Shown: piece by piece, positions 12,703-25,031 of the stretch
How positions within the stretch are numbered: the stretch's first letter is position 1
How the letters are laid out: each line of letters opens with the position of its first letter
Assembly: GCA_020137815.1 (NCBI GenBank)
Contig: CM035352.1
Span: 248,001-312,000 of the forward strand
Direction of reading: 5' to 3'
DNA from: Hormiphora californensis
Lineage: Eukaryota > Animalia > Ctenophora
DNA: 64,000 nt
Program-made: the position numbers and the translations under genes
The notes under the pieces: generated by a model
Told to the model about the DNA's origin: nothing
Database searches by the model: none
The model's input: only the letters and a program-made list of their open reading frames with translations

Positions 12703-14003
12703 GGGTACACCTGGCGTTTTTCATCATCGAGTGCCCAACCAAATGACTTCACCAGGGTTTAGGCCATACAAAATGGACTTCAAATATGCAATTTTAGCCC
12801 TAAAGTCGAATTCATATTTTTGCTACAGCCTATTTTCAAAGTGGCGTTTTTTCAATTTTTGTTGAAATTTTTAACCTCAGGACCACTTTTTTTGAGATAG
12901 AAACATTAAATTCTTGGAATTTGAAGAGAATATAAAGGTGAATAAGCCCAAAGAAGGATTTTCGAAATGGAGCTTATTTCTGGCCATGAGAACGGTTTAC
13001 TTTTTTGCTTCTTTGACACGCTGGCTGAGAATGTTCCCATGCTTCATTAGAGATGAAAATCTGGAAATAGTTGTTCAAAACGATTATCTATGTGGCCCAA
13101 AAATTTTGGAACTTTCCCGCCAAAGATGTGGTGTACAGAGCTTGTTTTGTGAAACCCGTCTTTTTGAAAATAGGGAAATTCCCTGTATCTCAAAAACGGA
13201 TGATCGTAGAGACCTGGGACCAAGCTTAATCGATTCAGAAGGTCCGATTTTGGGGGGGTCTTCTGAGAGACATTTTGCTCCTACTCCAACCGTTTTTGCT
13301 GTAATTGCGAAAAAGGTATCAGCAAATAAGGGGGAAATCAGCCCGAAGCAGGCTACTGGAATAGAGTTGTTTCCTCTTTTCATAGAATTGGTTTTTTGCA
13401 ATTACAGCAAAATCGGTTGGAGTAGGAGCAAAATGTCTCTCAGAAGACCCCCCCAAAATCGGACCTTCTGAATCGATTAAGCTTGGTCCCAGGTCTCTAC
13501 GATCATCCGTTTTTGAGATACAGGGAATTTCCCTATTTTCAAAAAGACGGGTTTCACAAAACAAGCTCTGTACACCACATCTTTGGCGGGAAAGTTCCAA
13601 AATTTTTGGGCCACATAGATAATCGTTTTGAACAACTATTTCCAGATTTTCATCTCTAATGAAGCATGGGAACATTCTCAGCCAGCGTGTCAAAGAAGCA
13701 AAAAAGTAAACCGTTCTCATGGCCAGAAATAAGCTCCATTTCAAAAATCCTTCTTTGGGCTTATTCACCTTTATATTCTCTTCAAATTCCAAGAATTTAA
13801 TGATTCTATCTCAAAAAAAGTGGTCCTGAGGTTAAAAATTTCAACAAAAATTGAAAAAACGCCACTTTGAAAATAGGCTGTAGCAAAAATATGAATTCGA
13901 ATTTAGGGCTAAACTTGCATATTTGAGGTCCATTTTGTATGGCCTAAACCCTGGTGAAGTCATTTGGTTGGGCACTCGATGATGAAAAACGCCAGGTGTA
14001 CCC
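12703..14003. mobile_element. Kolobok-like foldback element (1301 bp)
   Basis: TTAA TSD, GGGTACACC...GGTGTACCC ends, near-perfect ~610-bp arms. Confidence 0.88.
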
Positions 14004-15303
14004 TTAAAGCTTACTTAGAGCTATCTTTTGCTGCCAAGATATCGGTTATACGTCAGTCCTATAAAACGTGAAGAGACCCGGAAGTGAAAATTTCAAAATT
14101 TTGCCAGGGATTTTCAAAGGCCCATTGCTCAACAACGAATGAAGCTAGGACTTTCTACTACATCTTAAACGATAGAGAATTGTCTAATAAACAAGCTTGA
14201 TGCAATAAAATATCCCTTAGAACCAATTTTTGAGAAGTACAGCAGTTTCAGTACTATGCGCGTTTTTCCCGTGCAGCGGCATTTTGAGTAAGGTACATTT
14301 CCGGGTTCGCCGAGAGCCAACCTTGATTAAATTTTTCAAAATGACCATTGTTGTGTGTAGTCAAGAGTTCAAATAACATGCTAGAAAAGGTTTCGTGTAG
14401 ATATCTTGTATACTTTTGGAGTTTTCGGGACACGAAGTTATTTCTGAAACGCTCTAATATTAATGTATGTAGTAACTTAATTAGGTAAATCTCATGTTTT
14501 AGCTTTATATTCACTTTTGTATTAGAACACAAGGAAAATTTCTATTTTCCAGAATTTAGATTTTTGGTAAAAAACACAAGGATTGTTTCTATCCCAAATT
14601 TTCGAATGGACAATTTTCCTTTCTATGAGATTTTTGAGAAAAGTTTGCGATTTTTCCGGAAAATCGCAAATTTGCCTCAAAAATCTCAAAAATCTCAGCT
14701 ACCCTGAAAATCACCAATGAGGCATGAGGTTCTTGCGGCCATTCTTAATGACCCCATTTACAACTTTTCACCTGGAAAAGATAGATGCTTATGTGAGGCC
14801 ACTATTCCGACTAATTTTGATACGCTGAATCACGTAAGCAACTTTTCCAACCCCTCAGAGGTCTATAAAGTGCCCTAATTGAGTATAATTGGTTCTAATT
14901 GGCTTTAACATGGGTTCACCGAGTCATGCCGGTGTCGCACTAATTATAGTGTGCAAATGTATGGTGCTCACATGTAGAAATACATGTGTTCACCACTCAT
15001 CAGTTGCTGTGTTGTTGAGTCTAACTCAATAGCACCAGTTGTCAGAAATGTCAATTGTGAGGAGCCTGTAAAAGGGACATCTAGCAACTGCACGAGTTAT
15101 ATTATATTTTTATTTAACATAAGCATCTATCATTTCCAGGTGAAAAGTTGTAAATGAGGTCATTAAGACCCAATTATACTCAATGAGGACACTTTTCCGA
15201 TCTCAGATCACGGATTGGAAAAGTTGCTTACGTGATTCAGCGTATCAAAATTAGTCGGGTCAGTGGTTTTCCGGGTCAGTGGTTTTCGATATGTTATGAA
15301 TTA

Positions 15304-15475
15304 CAGTCGGACCCCGATTTAACGGCACCCTCGGGGGAAAGGGTTTTGTCCGTTAAATCGGGGTGTCCGCTAAATCGGGGTAAAATACTGTTAATTTCCT
15401 ATATCGGGGGAAGATTATCCTTCCGTTAAATCGGGGTGCCGTTAAATCGGGGGCCGTTAAATCGGGGTCCGACTG
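15304..15475. mobile_element. Tc1/pogo-like MITE
   Basis: TA TSD, CAGTCGGACCCCGATTTA TIR. Confidence 0.88.
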
Positions 15476-15670
15476 TAGTTTCAGTTTTTACTCTCCAAGC
15501 TTGGTCAAACGACCAAGTTTGGTCAGTCTGTGCGACTTGGTCAAAATCTTGCCCACATATGGGCATAAACTTGAAACTTGAAAATAAATTGAGGCTATCA
15601 AACAAATGACCACCTTTCAAATCAACTGTCCTTTCTTCGCTCACCACTTCTAAACTCAACAAATTTAATT

Positions 15671-16691
15671 TCAGTTCTCAGTGGTCCCTGGTGCTTCCAC
15701 CACCTCCTTCCCACGAATGAAGTAATGTTTTCCAGGAGACCTTTGTACCATTTCCTTCAGTCGATCAACAAGCTGTCTTCTCTCATTTCGTTCCTCCAAA
15801 GTCCTGTCAGGCGAAATGTAGACTTTATCGAAGTTGCCGGTCCTTTTTAGTCGGGATTTTTTTCGACAGGATCGACATCTGAGCGTCTCTGCTCTTCAGT
15901 ACGACTTTCACTGGTCTGACAGTTAAAGACTGCCTTCCCATGCGCTCCACTGATTTCACGTTCTGAGTCTCCCCTAGTTCAACAAGAAGAGACTCAACTT
16001 GAGTTTCAAGCTCCACGCTACTATTAACTGACTCTTCCAGGCCATGGATGATGATGTTGCACCCGCGGTCCTCAGAGGCAGCCACAATCGCTGATTGAAT
16101 TTTCCTTGGAGCCAGAGCCGAGGCACATTCTTTCTCCAAAACGCTTGCGAAGCTTTTCATTTCTTGCTGTGCCGTTGACTGCACAGCTGTAATCTCAACC
16201 TCCCTCTTCTCAAGCAACTGCCTCTGGATATTGAGTAGTTCCTCTTGTACCGCTACTAGGTCTCTTTGAGCTTTAATGAGCTCATTTCCATGTTGTCTGA
16301 GCTCCTTTTCGCACTCTCTCACCATCATACTTTCAGAACCCTTGTCACGCAACTTTTCAATTAGTGGAAATGTCTGTTCAAGCAAAATACCACACGCCCT
16401 CTTAGTAAAATCTAAAAGCTTTTTCTTCGACAGCGTATTAAGCTTGCTCGTAGACGGAACCTCTAAATCATCCCAGGTAGACCTTGGTGGAGGACCAGTT
16501 CCATATCTCACTGCCTCTGGGTTACTGTATCCAAACCCTGAACATTCAGTCAACAAGTCTTTTACCCAATATACTGAATCACTTTGGCAGTCGTTGACAT
16601 TCCTCCTATCAATATCAGTAGCCGGTTTCCCAGGATGAGCTACCAGGTAAATCCGAGGAGTTGCTTCTTCTTCATTATCCGTATTTACCAT
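15671..16691 (-). CDS. stand-alone LINE ORF1-like protein (coiled coil + RRM-like), one frameshift in an A7 run
   Basis: Motifs NIIIHGLEE, VRPVKVVL and, after removing one A at 15857-15863, ILSKKSRLKRTGNFDKVYISPDRTLEER; ~339 aa; no ORF2 follows. Confidence 0.75.
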
Positions 16692-16861
16692 TTTCTTTCT
16701 GCCCCTCGTGGGCTGTTACATCAGCTTTATCCTAAAACTCAAATTAATTTGTTTAAAGTAGTGTTGAAAAGTTTGAAGCATCAAACATGGGCAGTCTGTG
16801 CACCACAGCATGGTATTATGGTAACCTGATGTCGTCATTTAATCCTCCTCCTATTTTTCAG

Positions 16862-16934
16862 AAGTACCAAGTGCGGAATGAGTGGAGTAAAGTCTCCTCG
16901 CTGAAAAATTTATTTCGTATTTGTGGCGGTTTAG
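16862..16934 (+). CDS. exon of the unidentified plus-strand gene (KYQVRNEWSKVSSLKNLFRICGGL)
   Basis: cctatttttcag acceptor, gtatgc donor, phase 0 to 1. Confidence 0.55.
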
Positions 16935-17000
16935 GTATGCAATTTGAAAAGATGAAAATATCGCTTGGAAAAAGAAAACTCATTTGTTTTCTGACCCTAG

Positions 17001-17145
17001 AGCAACAGAATGGACGGCGATTTACTTCTCTTTCGTTGTGTTATCTGGACGTTGTTTGTGATATATCCGAAGAGAGAGCCTCTGAGTCTTTAGCAGGTGT
17101 AGCACTGTCTCAGTGCCAACTGTTCAGTTTTGATGTCCATGTATT
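17001..17145 (+). CDS. exon of the unidentified plus-strand gene (QQNGRRFTSLSLCYLDVVCDISEERASESLAG...)
   Basis: Follows a 66-nt intron ending ctgaccctag; phase-1 start matches; donor gttagt at 17146 (or gtattg at 17141). Confidence 0.5.
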
Positions 17146-17840
17146 GTTAGTGTAACGCGCTCAGTGCACACTGTAATAAAAGTATACGAGTTCAGCATCT
17201 AACATATGGGGGTGGGAAGGTGTGTTACAAAATATTTACTAACTGTGTAATATTTACGGTAAGCGGTAAAGGTTGACCCCGGACCCGTCTCCTGAGAATT
17301 TTATTTTTCTTTGGCCATAACTCAGCCATTTCTTGACCAATTTGCAAAATTTTGGGCTCGTTGGAAAGAGGACATTGAGCTCTTTCAGATGAGCCCAAGA
17401 AAATCAAAGTTTCAGTTTTTACTCTCCAAGCTTGGTCAAACGACCAAGTTTGGTCAGTCTGTGCGACTTGGTCAAAATCTTGCCCACATATGGGCATAAA
17501 CTTGAAACTTGAAAATAAATTGGTTTGGTGTGTTGTTGAAGTCTTCGACAAGCTTTTCATCCAATTTGATACTGAACCCCTTAATAAACTCGTTCGCTTC
17601 TTGGGCTGCAACTACCAACTGAAAGGGGTATCAATTGTTAGTGATATATCCGAAGAGAGAGCCTCTGAGTCTTTAGCAGGTGTAGCACTGTCTCAGTGCC
17701 AACTGTTCAGTTTTGATGTCCATGTATTGTTAGTGTAACGCGCTCAGTGCACACTGTAATAAAAGTATACGAGTTCAGCATCTAACATATGGGGGTGGGA
17801 AGGTGTGTTACAAAATATTTACTAACTGTGTAATATTTAC

Positions 17841-18201
17841 GGTAAGCGGTAAAGGTTGACCCGTCTCCTGAGAATTTTATTTTTCTTTGGCCATAACTCA
17901 GCCATTTCTTGACCAATTTGCAAAATTTTGGGCTCGTTGGAAAGAGGACATTGAGCTCTTTCAGATGAGCCCAAGAAAATCAAAATCGGCGCAAATTGCG
18001 CGGCGTAATTGCGCAAAACGCGCGTTTTCGCCACTACGCCGCGCAATTTGCGCCAATTTTCATTTTATTGAGCTCATTTTAAAGATCTTAATGTCCTCTT
18101 TCCAATGAGCCCAAGATTTTGCAAATTGGTCAAGATTTGGCTGAGTTATGGCCAAAACAGTTTTAAATTCTCAGGAGACGGGTCAACCTTTACCGCTTAC
18201 C
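17841..18201. mobile_element. MULE/Merlin-like MITE
   Basis: 9-bp TSD aatatttac, TIR GGTAAGCGGTAAAGGTTGACCCGTCTCCTGAG. Confidence 0.85.
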
Positions 18202-18253
18202 AATATTTACGGATGGTGAATTAGTAATGTTAACGAGTTTAGTCTCTTTCTAG

Positions 18254-18311
18254 ACCATATTTCAAGGTTTATATCATTTCAAGGATTAAAACATACATTT
18301 TCCCCGCCTGG
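18254..18311 (+). CDS. candidate further exon of the plus-strand gene (PYFKVYIISRIKTYIFPAW)
   Basis: gtctctttctag acceptor; frame fits the 17146 donor; 3' boundary uncertain. Confidence 0.35.
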
Positions 18312-18600
18312 GTGAATGCCGAAGGCATCCATCCGGATGATCGTTTAAGCAAGTGTACTAAAAAGATCATTGTAAAATTTTGGGATATACTATAATTCTT
18401 TAGATCTTGAAACAAAGCCTAATTGGGGAGCCCATCCCCTAGCCTGTCCTGTCTCACATGGCCAATAGCAGGGAAATACAGCACTATGGATACATAGTGC
18501 AAATATTCTTGTTTAGATACGTATAAGTTCTACATATATTCTGTATGATTTCAAATCCAAAATGTTTACTCTGGTAAATACAGTTTTTTATTTCCTTATA

Positions 18601-18707
18601 CAGTCGGACCCCGATTTACCAACATGCTCGGGGAAAGGGTTTCCGGTAAATCGGGTGCTCAGTATATCGGGGGAAGATTATCCTCCCGGTAAATCGGGGT
18701 CCGACTG
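18601..18707. mobile_element. Tc1/pogo-like MITE (same family)
   Basis: TA TSD, CAGTCGGACCCCGATTTA TIR. Confidence 0.85.
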
Positions 18708-19170
18708 TAACAGAATTTGTTAGTTTATACAATCTGTTCAAGAAATGGCGACGAAGAAGTGTGCGTGTAGTAGGTACCCGCCCGACGGGTCGGCAGGGAG
18801 GGCATTCGGTTGGCTCCATTGCAACCTATTCTGTGAGATCGATCTCGGTCTCACTCAGGCATCAATGTGGCCAAGGCATTCGGCAGGGAGGGCGGAATAT
18901 ATGGGTCAAATGCCCTACATGCCGACGAAATTGGGATGAGATCGCCGTCGGCAGGTAGGGCATTAGACCCCCTATTTCCTGTTCTCCCTGCCGAAAACTC
19001 CCGTCGGCAGGGAGGGCGGGTGCCAAAATTTTATTTTTGTCGTCCTTGTGACACCATGTACTTTGGTGAAGCGCGCGCTATAACTGCTAACATAAGACAC
19101 TTTCATCAATACGAAAGAACGCGCGACTCTGGAAGCAGCAGTGTAAGTATAAATCGACTTTTAGCACATA

Positions 19171-19321
19171 CAGTCGGACCCCGATTTAACGGCAGGATAA
19201 AAAATCTTTCCTGATAATCGATATAGGAAATTAACAATATTTGATCCAGATTTAGCGAACACCCCGATTTAGCAGACAAAACCCTTTCCCCCGAGGGTGC
19301 AGTGAAATCGGGGTCCGACTG
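19171..19321. mobile_element. Tc1/pogo-like MITE (same family)
   Basis: Same TIR. Confidence 0.82.
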
Positions 19322-19868
19322 TTATACATAATATGTGTATATTAGTGATTCATAATGATTTTCGCTAGCTATTTTTCGGGTTCTTGCTGATCGGAGCCCT
19401 AAAATTTTTACAGAAACTTTTTCGCCACGAAATTTCGATCTTCCCACACCATTTTTAGGGACCAGCCATTTTTTTCCAGGAATCTCAGGTCAAGTCGTTT
19501 GAAACGCACTTTAGTTAATTGGTTGTCCACTATGCAAAATTAAAGCAATTTTTTGAGAATTGGCCGTTTTCACATCATACTTCATACTATGTACTTACTA
19601 AGCAAATTGTGTAACGGAGGTCACCTAGCAACTACACTTGCACGTGCAATTATTAGAGGGACCTGGAGACCTCTCTCTCCCGGTTGCAGGGGGAAATTCA
19701 ATTCTGCACGTGCATTCTTTTACTTCTGTCCTGATGTCTAGCTCTTCCACCCCAAGCGCTATTCGGCAATGTTTATCTAGGTCAAGGAGAACTGCTGCTG
19801 TCAGGGGAGCAGGCTAGAGAATATACTGACAGATTACGCGAACGTGTTCAAGCGAGCCAATCAACGGC

Positions 19869-20310
19869 GGGAGACACACTGAAGTTGGGCGCGCTCGTTC
19901 AAATCTCAACCTCGCGACACACATTGAAGTTCGAAGTTCGAAGTTTCGCGAAAACCCATTTTCAGCTGAGAAATCATTTGTAAGAGGCTAACTTATTTAC
20001 TGGTACATCTCTCGAGGTGTCCTTTATCCATACTGAGTCAATTTTACCGTTTTTGAAATTTTTGGCTAATTCGGTCACAGTTGTCCCAATTCACCAAAAA
20101 TTTTAAAAACGGTGAAATTGACCCGGTATTGATAAAGGACACCTCAAGAGATGTACCAGTAAATAAACTAGCATCTTACAAATGATTTCTCAGCCGAAAA
20201 TGGGTTTTCGCGGAACTTCGAACATTTCCGCGAAACTTCAAACTTCGAACTTCAGTGTGTGTCGCGAGGTTGAGAGTTGAACGCGTGCGACCAACTTCAG
20301 TGTGTCTCCC
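19869..20310. mobile_element. foldback MITE
   Basis: GGGAGACACACTGAAG ends, ~200-bp arms, degenerate 8-bp TSD. Confidence 0.8.
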
Positions 20311-21439
20311 CCAACGACTACGGATAGCTTTACCCAACGTCGCCCAAGGGTGATTACTCCTGTCGAATATAGAAATCTCCGAATCGGCTACATAGCGGCC
20401 AAGTTTTCATGTGATGAGTTTCTGGAACAGCAATGCACCTCCATGACATTGATCTCTTAAATTCGCTCCTTGACATTGTCAGGAAGCCCAGAGAGTACAA
20501 CAACATGGGTAGGGAGAAAGTGAGAGATAGGCTAGGAACGGATGGTGCATGCAATGTGATGTCAGCGTTCCCTTATCCAGCTACCATTTTCCCGAAATTC
20601 GCCCGTAGGGCGAACGGGTCTACTAATAGTACTAATAGTATAATAGAACTAATAGTATGATGTATGTATAATATGTAGTCCATTCTATGAATTGTCATAG
20701 GAAATAGGAAACGGACGGTTTACCATTTTCGGTTCGGTTCGGTTCACCGAGATCATTTTTATTTTCGGTTCGGTTCACGAAGGCTATCTTTCCCCCGGTT
20801 CGCCGTTCGGTTCGGTTCGGTTTACTGAGATCAAAAGTTTTTTCGGTTCGGTTCGGATAAAAAAGCCAGATCAAAAAAAGCCAAAAATTTTCGGGGGAAA
20901 GCCAAATCAAAAAAAGCCAGATCAATCCCGGATTTCAGGGCGGGTTTGGCTTTTTTGGCCTCCCCCCCCCCAATTTTTCTATATAGGTCACGCTTCACGC
21001 GGATGGGAGTTTCCGGTCATTCCGCAGACCACACTACTATGTATGTGAACCGACAATCCAACCATCCTGCCTCCATTCTTAAGAACATCCCTGGGATGAT
21101 CTCCAAACGGCTGAGTAGCATCTCCTCGAATGCCGACGTGTTCGAGACTGCTGCTCCCTATTATAGGGCAGCTTTGGAAAGAAGTGGTTATTCTGACCCA
21201 GAACTGCAGATTGAGGAGAGAGCCCCTAGCACTGGCACTCATCCTGCATTTTTGGAACGTGTTCGTCTCAACATTGCGCGTCGCGGGCTGTCCCGCCAGC
21301 CCTCCAAACGAGCTAACAATAGTGGGGGGGGGGCCCGCGTATTAAAATGTCCTTTAATGTCCCTCGATTTTTGGGACATTAAATTGCCCGTGTTTATTTA
21401 GGACATTAAAAGACATTAAAGGACATTTAAAGACATTAA

Positions 21440-21985
21440 AGGCCCTCTGACCCGAAAATCAATTTTCTATTTTTGACTTATTATGACACTACATGGAAAA
21501 TCATGAACAATGATGTATGTCCCACCTCATATGGTTATCTCTAAGGGGTCTAATTAGGTGTTGACAGGTGTGGAACTTCTCTCCCTTGAGACAGCATATG
21601 GGAAAGGGGGCTCTTTGTATTTATGTGTAAAAGTTTACATTGTGTCCAGTTTATTGTCATATGCGATGATTTATGACTTATTTAAATACAAATCATTCAC
21701 TAAGTTGAAGTAACGTGTTATGAGATTTCCTTTTTATGTATCATGGATAAATTACGATATCACACTTGTCAGTAATCTCATTGTTTGTAAATGTACTCAG
21801 TTTTTGTGTGTAAACACAAAGGGGGAGAGATCTCATATGCTGTCTCAGCTCGGAAGGGGGCAACCTTTTAACACCTAATTAGAGGGGGAAGGAGGAATCC
21901 GTAGAGTGTGAGATAACCTGGAATCTTCATGATTTTTCACATACTATCAATTTAGACAAAGTTGTTTTTTCGAGTCAGAGGACCT
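21440..21985. mobile_element. TTAA-TSD MITE (AGG...CCT ends)
   Basis: ttaa|aggccctctga...tcagaggacct|ttaa. Confidence 0.7.
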
Positions 21986-22529
21986 TTAAAAGACATTAAA
22001 TTATAACTTCCAAAAGCCATTTCAAAATGTGTTACCAAACATATCTACCACCAATGTACTACTAAAGGTCCCATCTTTCGATTCCAATGAATGTTCATTA
22101 GTTTTCAGTGGTGATTAGGCTTGCTTTTGTGTGGGCTGTGGGTGCGGTACCTCTTTTACATGTGCATAATTCTAGCCTAGACGATATCTCAAAATCATCT
22201 TATGAAAAGAGTAGAGAATAGCCCCGATTTTGTCAAAATAGTGTTTGGTGTCTAATTAGAAGTCAAAAAAATTTTAGTGCTCAAACCCAAAATCTACGAT
22301 ATTTAGGTCTTTTGGCGTTTATGGGTTTCAGGAACGTCCTAGAACAAAATGAATAAAACCAACTTTCTCGGCATGAAATTCTGTATCGATTATAGTGGCT
22401 ATAAACCTTTCTATGGCGTAAGGTTAAGAAGTTATCCCAAAAAATCCCAAACGGGTACATGTTATAGGGGCGGGTACATGTTTTAGGCTAACGGGCGAAC
22501 CTCTTGTCAGAAAACCATGTCATAGGTAC

Positions 22530-23580
22530 GGGGGGGTACCAACCTATTTTTTTGTATTTTTTTGTATTTTTTTGTACGGTCCGTACAAAAAAATAACCAA
22601 AATTCCCTGCTTTTTCCGTACAAAAAATACAAAAAAATACAAAAAAATATACTGCTGAAGGGAACTTCTTTAGGGCCCCCTATAAGTCTCTAGAGGTTTG
22701 CGGGGTCCTTATACTGGCCTGTATAGCCCTCTAGTTTCGTAGTACTCATAATCCCATGCTTTTTCCATGCGAACATTACCATGATTAAGTTATTCTAGAC
22801 CTGAACTTGCTCCAAATCCTAGTTGGGTAACAGCAAAATATGTCGGGATAGTGCCCAAGCTTTATTTTCTGATGAAATTTCATTTTTCGGCCGAATATGC
22901 CTACTTATTCCCCCTCATGCCTGGAAAAAGGAGGCATAAGCAGGCCGAAAAACTGAAAAAGCCGAATCGGCCTCTCTCCCCCGGCCAGTTGTGCGCGCGC
23001 TACATTATATACTCTCAAATCGCAGTCTATTCAGTTCCCCCATGGTGTAGTGGTTATTGCATATACTTGACACGCAGAAGGTCCCGGGTTCGAAACTCGC
23101 CCGGATCATTTTTTTCAAAACTTTTTAAATACTAACACTTGGTATAGCACTAAGTGTAAATCAATTAATTTCAAAAACTCGACCGTTTTTTAGACTATTA
23201 AATTAAAATTCCACTATCTTGAACTATTATCAAACTAACTTAGACCACGGGAAAAAATCGGCCAAAATGGGGATAAATTTTGGCCATTCTCGGCCAAAAA
23301 ATATGCTGGGACACCGGGTTAGTAAGACTTGTTCTAGTTAGGAGTCGTGGGGACGGGGAATGGTAAAATAAACTAAATAAACACTCTAGAGGCCTTTAAA
23401 GGCCAATAGAAGGACCTCGAGCGCCTCTAGAGACCTGTAGAAGGCACCAAAGAAGTTCCCAACAGCAGTAAACTTTTTTGTATTTTTTTGTATTTTTTTG
23501 TATTTTTTGTACGGACCGTACAAAAAAATATTGCCTGCTTTTTCCGTACATCCGTACACAAAAATGGTTGATACCCCCCC
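22530..23580. mobile_element. poly-G-ended TIR element carrying a tRNA-Val-like module
   Basis: 8-bp TSD ataggtac; termini related to 8594-11958. Confidence 0.85.
23034..23108 (+). pseudogene. tRNA-Val-derived pseudogene inside a TIR element
   Basis: TGGTGTAGTGGTTA A box, ACACGC..AAGGTCCC, GGTTCGAAAC B box, T7 terminator; acceptor and anticodon stems broken. Confidence 0.75.
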
Positions 23581-23678
23581 ATAGGTACTCAATCGACGTA
23601 TATTGATGCGGAAATCATTTTAGTGAAAACCATTTTGATCTGCGATGTCTGTGTAACGAATAAAACCTAAAAAACCTT

Positions 23679-24516
23679 GGTACTACCCGCATCCTCCATA
23701 TCCTTAAATCGATAGTGTTTACGCAGTGAATACAGAGCGAATGCAGAGTGAATGCAGAGCGAATGCAGAGTGAATGCAGAGTGAATGCAGAGCGAATGCA
23801 GAGTGAATGCAGAGTGAATGCAGAGTGAATGCAGAGTGGTTCCAGAGTGAATACATAGTGAATGCAGAGTGAATACGCAGTGAATACGCAATCATTGGGG
23901 ATATCCTACCAGAACTGTTTACGCAGTGAATACAGAGTGAATACGCAGTGAATACAGAGCGAATACGCAGTGAACACGCAGTGAATGCAGAGCGAATACG
24001 CAATCATTGGTAATATCCTACCAGAACTAGAATGCCGTAAATACGCAGTGATAAAAAAATTGGATATTGTTGCTACAACCCGAAAAAAAAGTGGTTTTGT
24101 CTCTCTCTCTCTCCCTCTCTATCTCCCTCTCCCTCTCCCTCTCTATCTCTATCTCTATCTCCCTCTCCCTCTCTATCTCTATCTCTATCTCTATCTCTAT
24201 CTCCCTCTCTCTATCTCCCTCTCCCTCTCTATCTCCCTCGTATTCACTGCGTATTCGCTCTGTATTCACTGCGTAAACAGTTCTGGTAGGATATCCCCAA
24301 TGATTGCGTATTCACTCTGCATTCACTGCGTATTCACTCTGGAACCACTCTGCATTCACTCTGCATTCACTCTGCATTCGCTCTGCATTCACTCTGCATT
24401 CGCTCTGCATTCACTCTGCATTCACTCTGCATTCGCTCTGCATTCACTCTGCATTCGCTCTGTATTCACTGCGTAAACACTATCGATTTAAGGATATGGA
24501 GGATGCGGGTAGTACC
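23679..24516. mobile_element. Merlin/MULE-like foldback element with (gaatgcagagt)n arms and a CT-rich centre
   Basis: 8-bp TSD aaaacctt, GGTAC ends. Confidence 0.85.
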
Positions 24517-25031
24517 AAAACCTTACCACATGTTTTAACCAAAGGTTTTTACCTTACGTCATAGAAAGGTTTATAGCCACTATAATCGATGCAGAATGTG
24601 ACGCCGAGAAAGATGGTTCTGTTTATTTTGTTCTAGGACGTTCCTGAAACCCATAAACGCCAAAAAAAACCTAAAAATCCTAGAAAAACCTAAATTTAGG
24701 ATTTGAGCATTTAAAAATTTTTTGACTTCTAATTAGACACCAAAGACCATTCTGACTGAGTTTCATAAAAATCGGGGCTATTTTTACTTGAAAACCTTGA
24801 AATTTAGTCCAAAACTTCAAAATTTCCGGGGTTCGCTTCGAGGTACCGGGCCACCCTAAAATGATGCATAATCACCCCCAACATCTATGGTATTGGTTGG
24901 AATCAATAGAGGGGACATTAGGAGTAAATATTAAGTGGTTGAAAATGCCATTTTAGTTTAATGATAGCTGAAAATTCATGTTTTAATTAAATGTCTTTTA
25001 ATGTCTTTTAATGTCTTTTAATGTCCTTTAA

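Noticed and set aside
12914-13792. Mirror-image ORFs on both strands (also 25243-26123, and 1894-2178 vs 4206-4490)
   Set aside because: They arise from inverted-repeat arms and show no transposase motifs.
19781-20660. Exon-like or RT-like frames around the 19869-20310 MITE
   Set aside because: No consistent frame after removing the MITE and no convincing motif.
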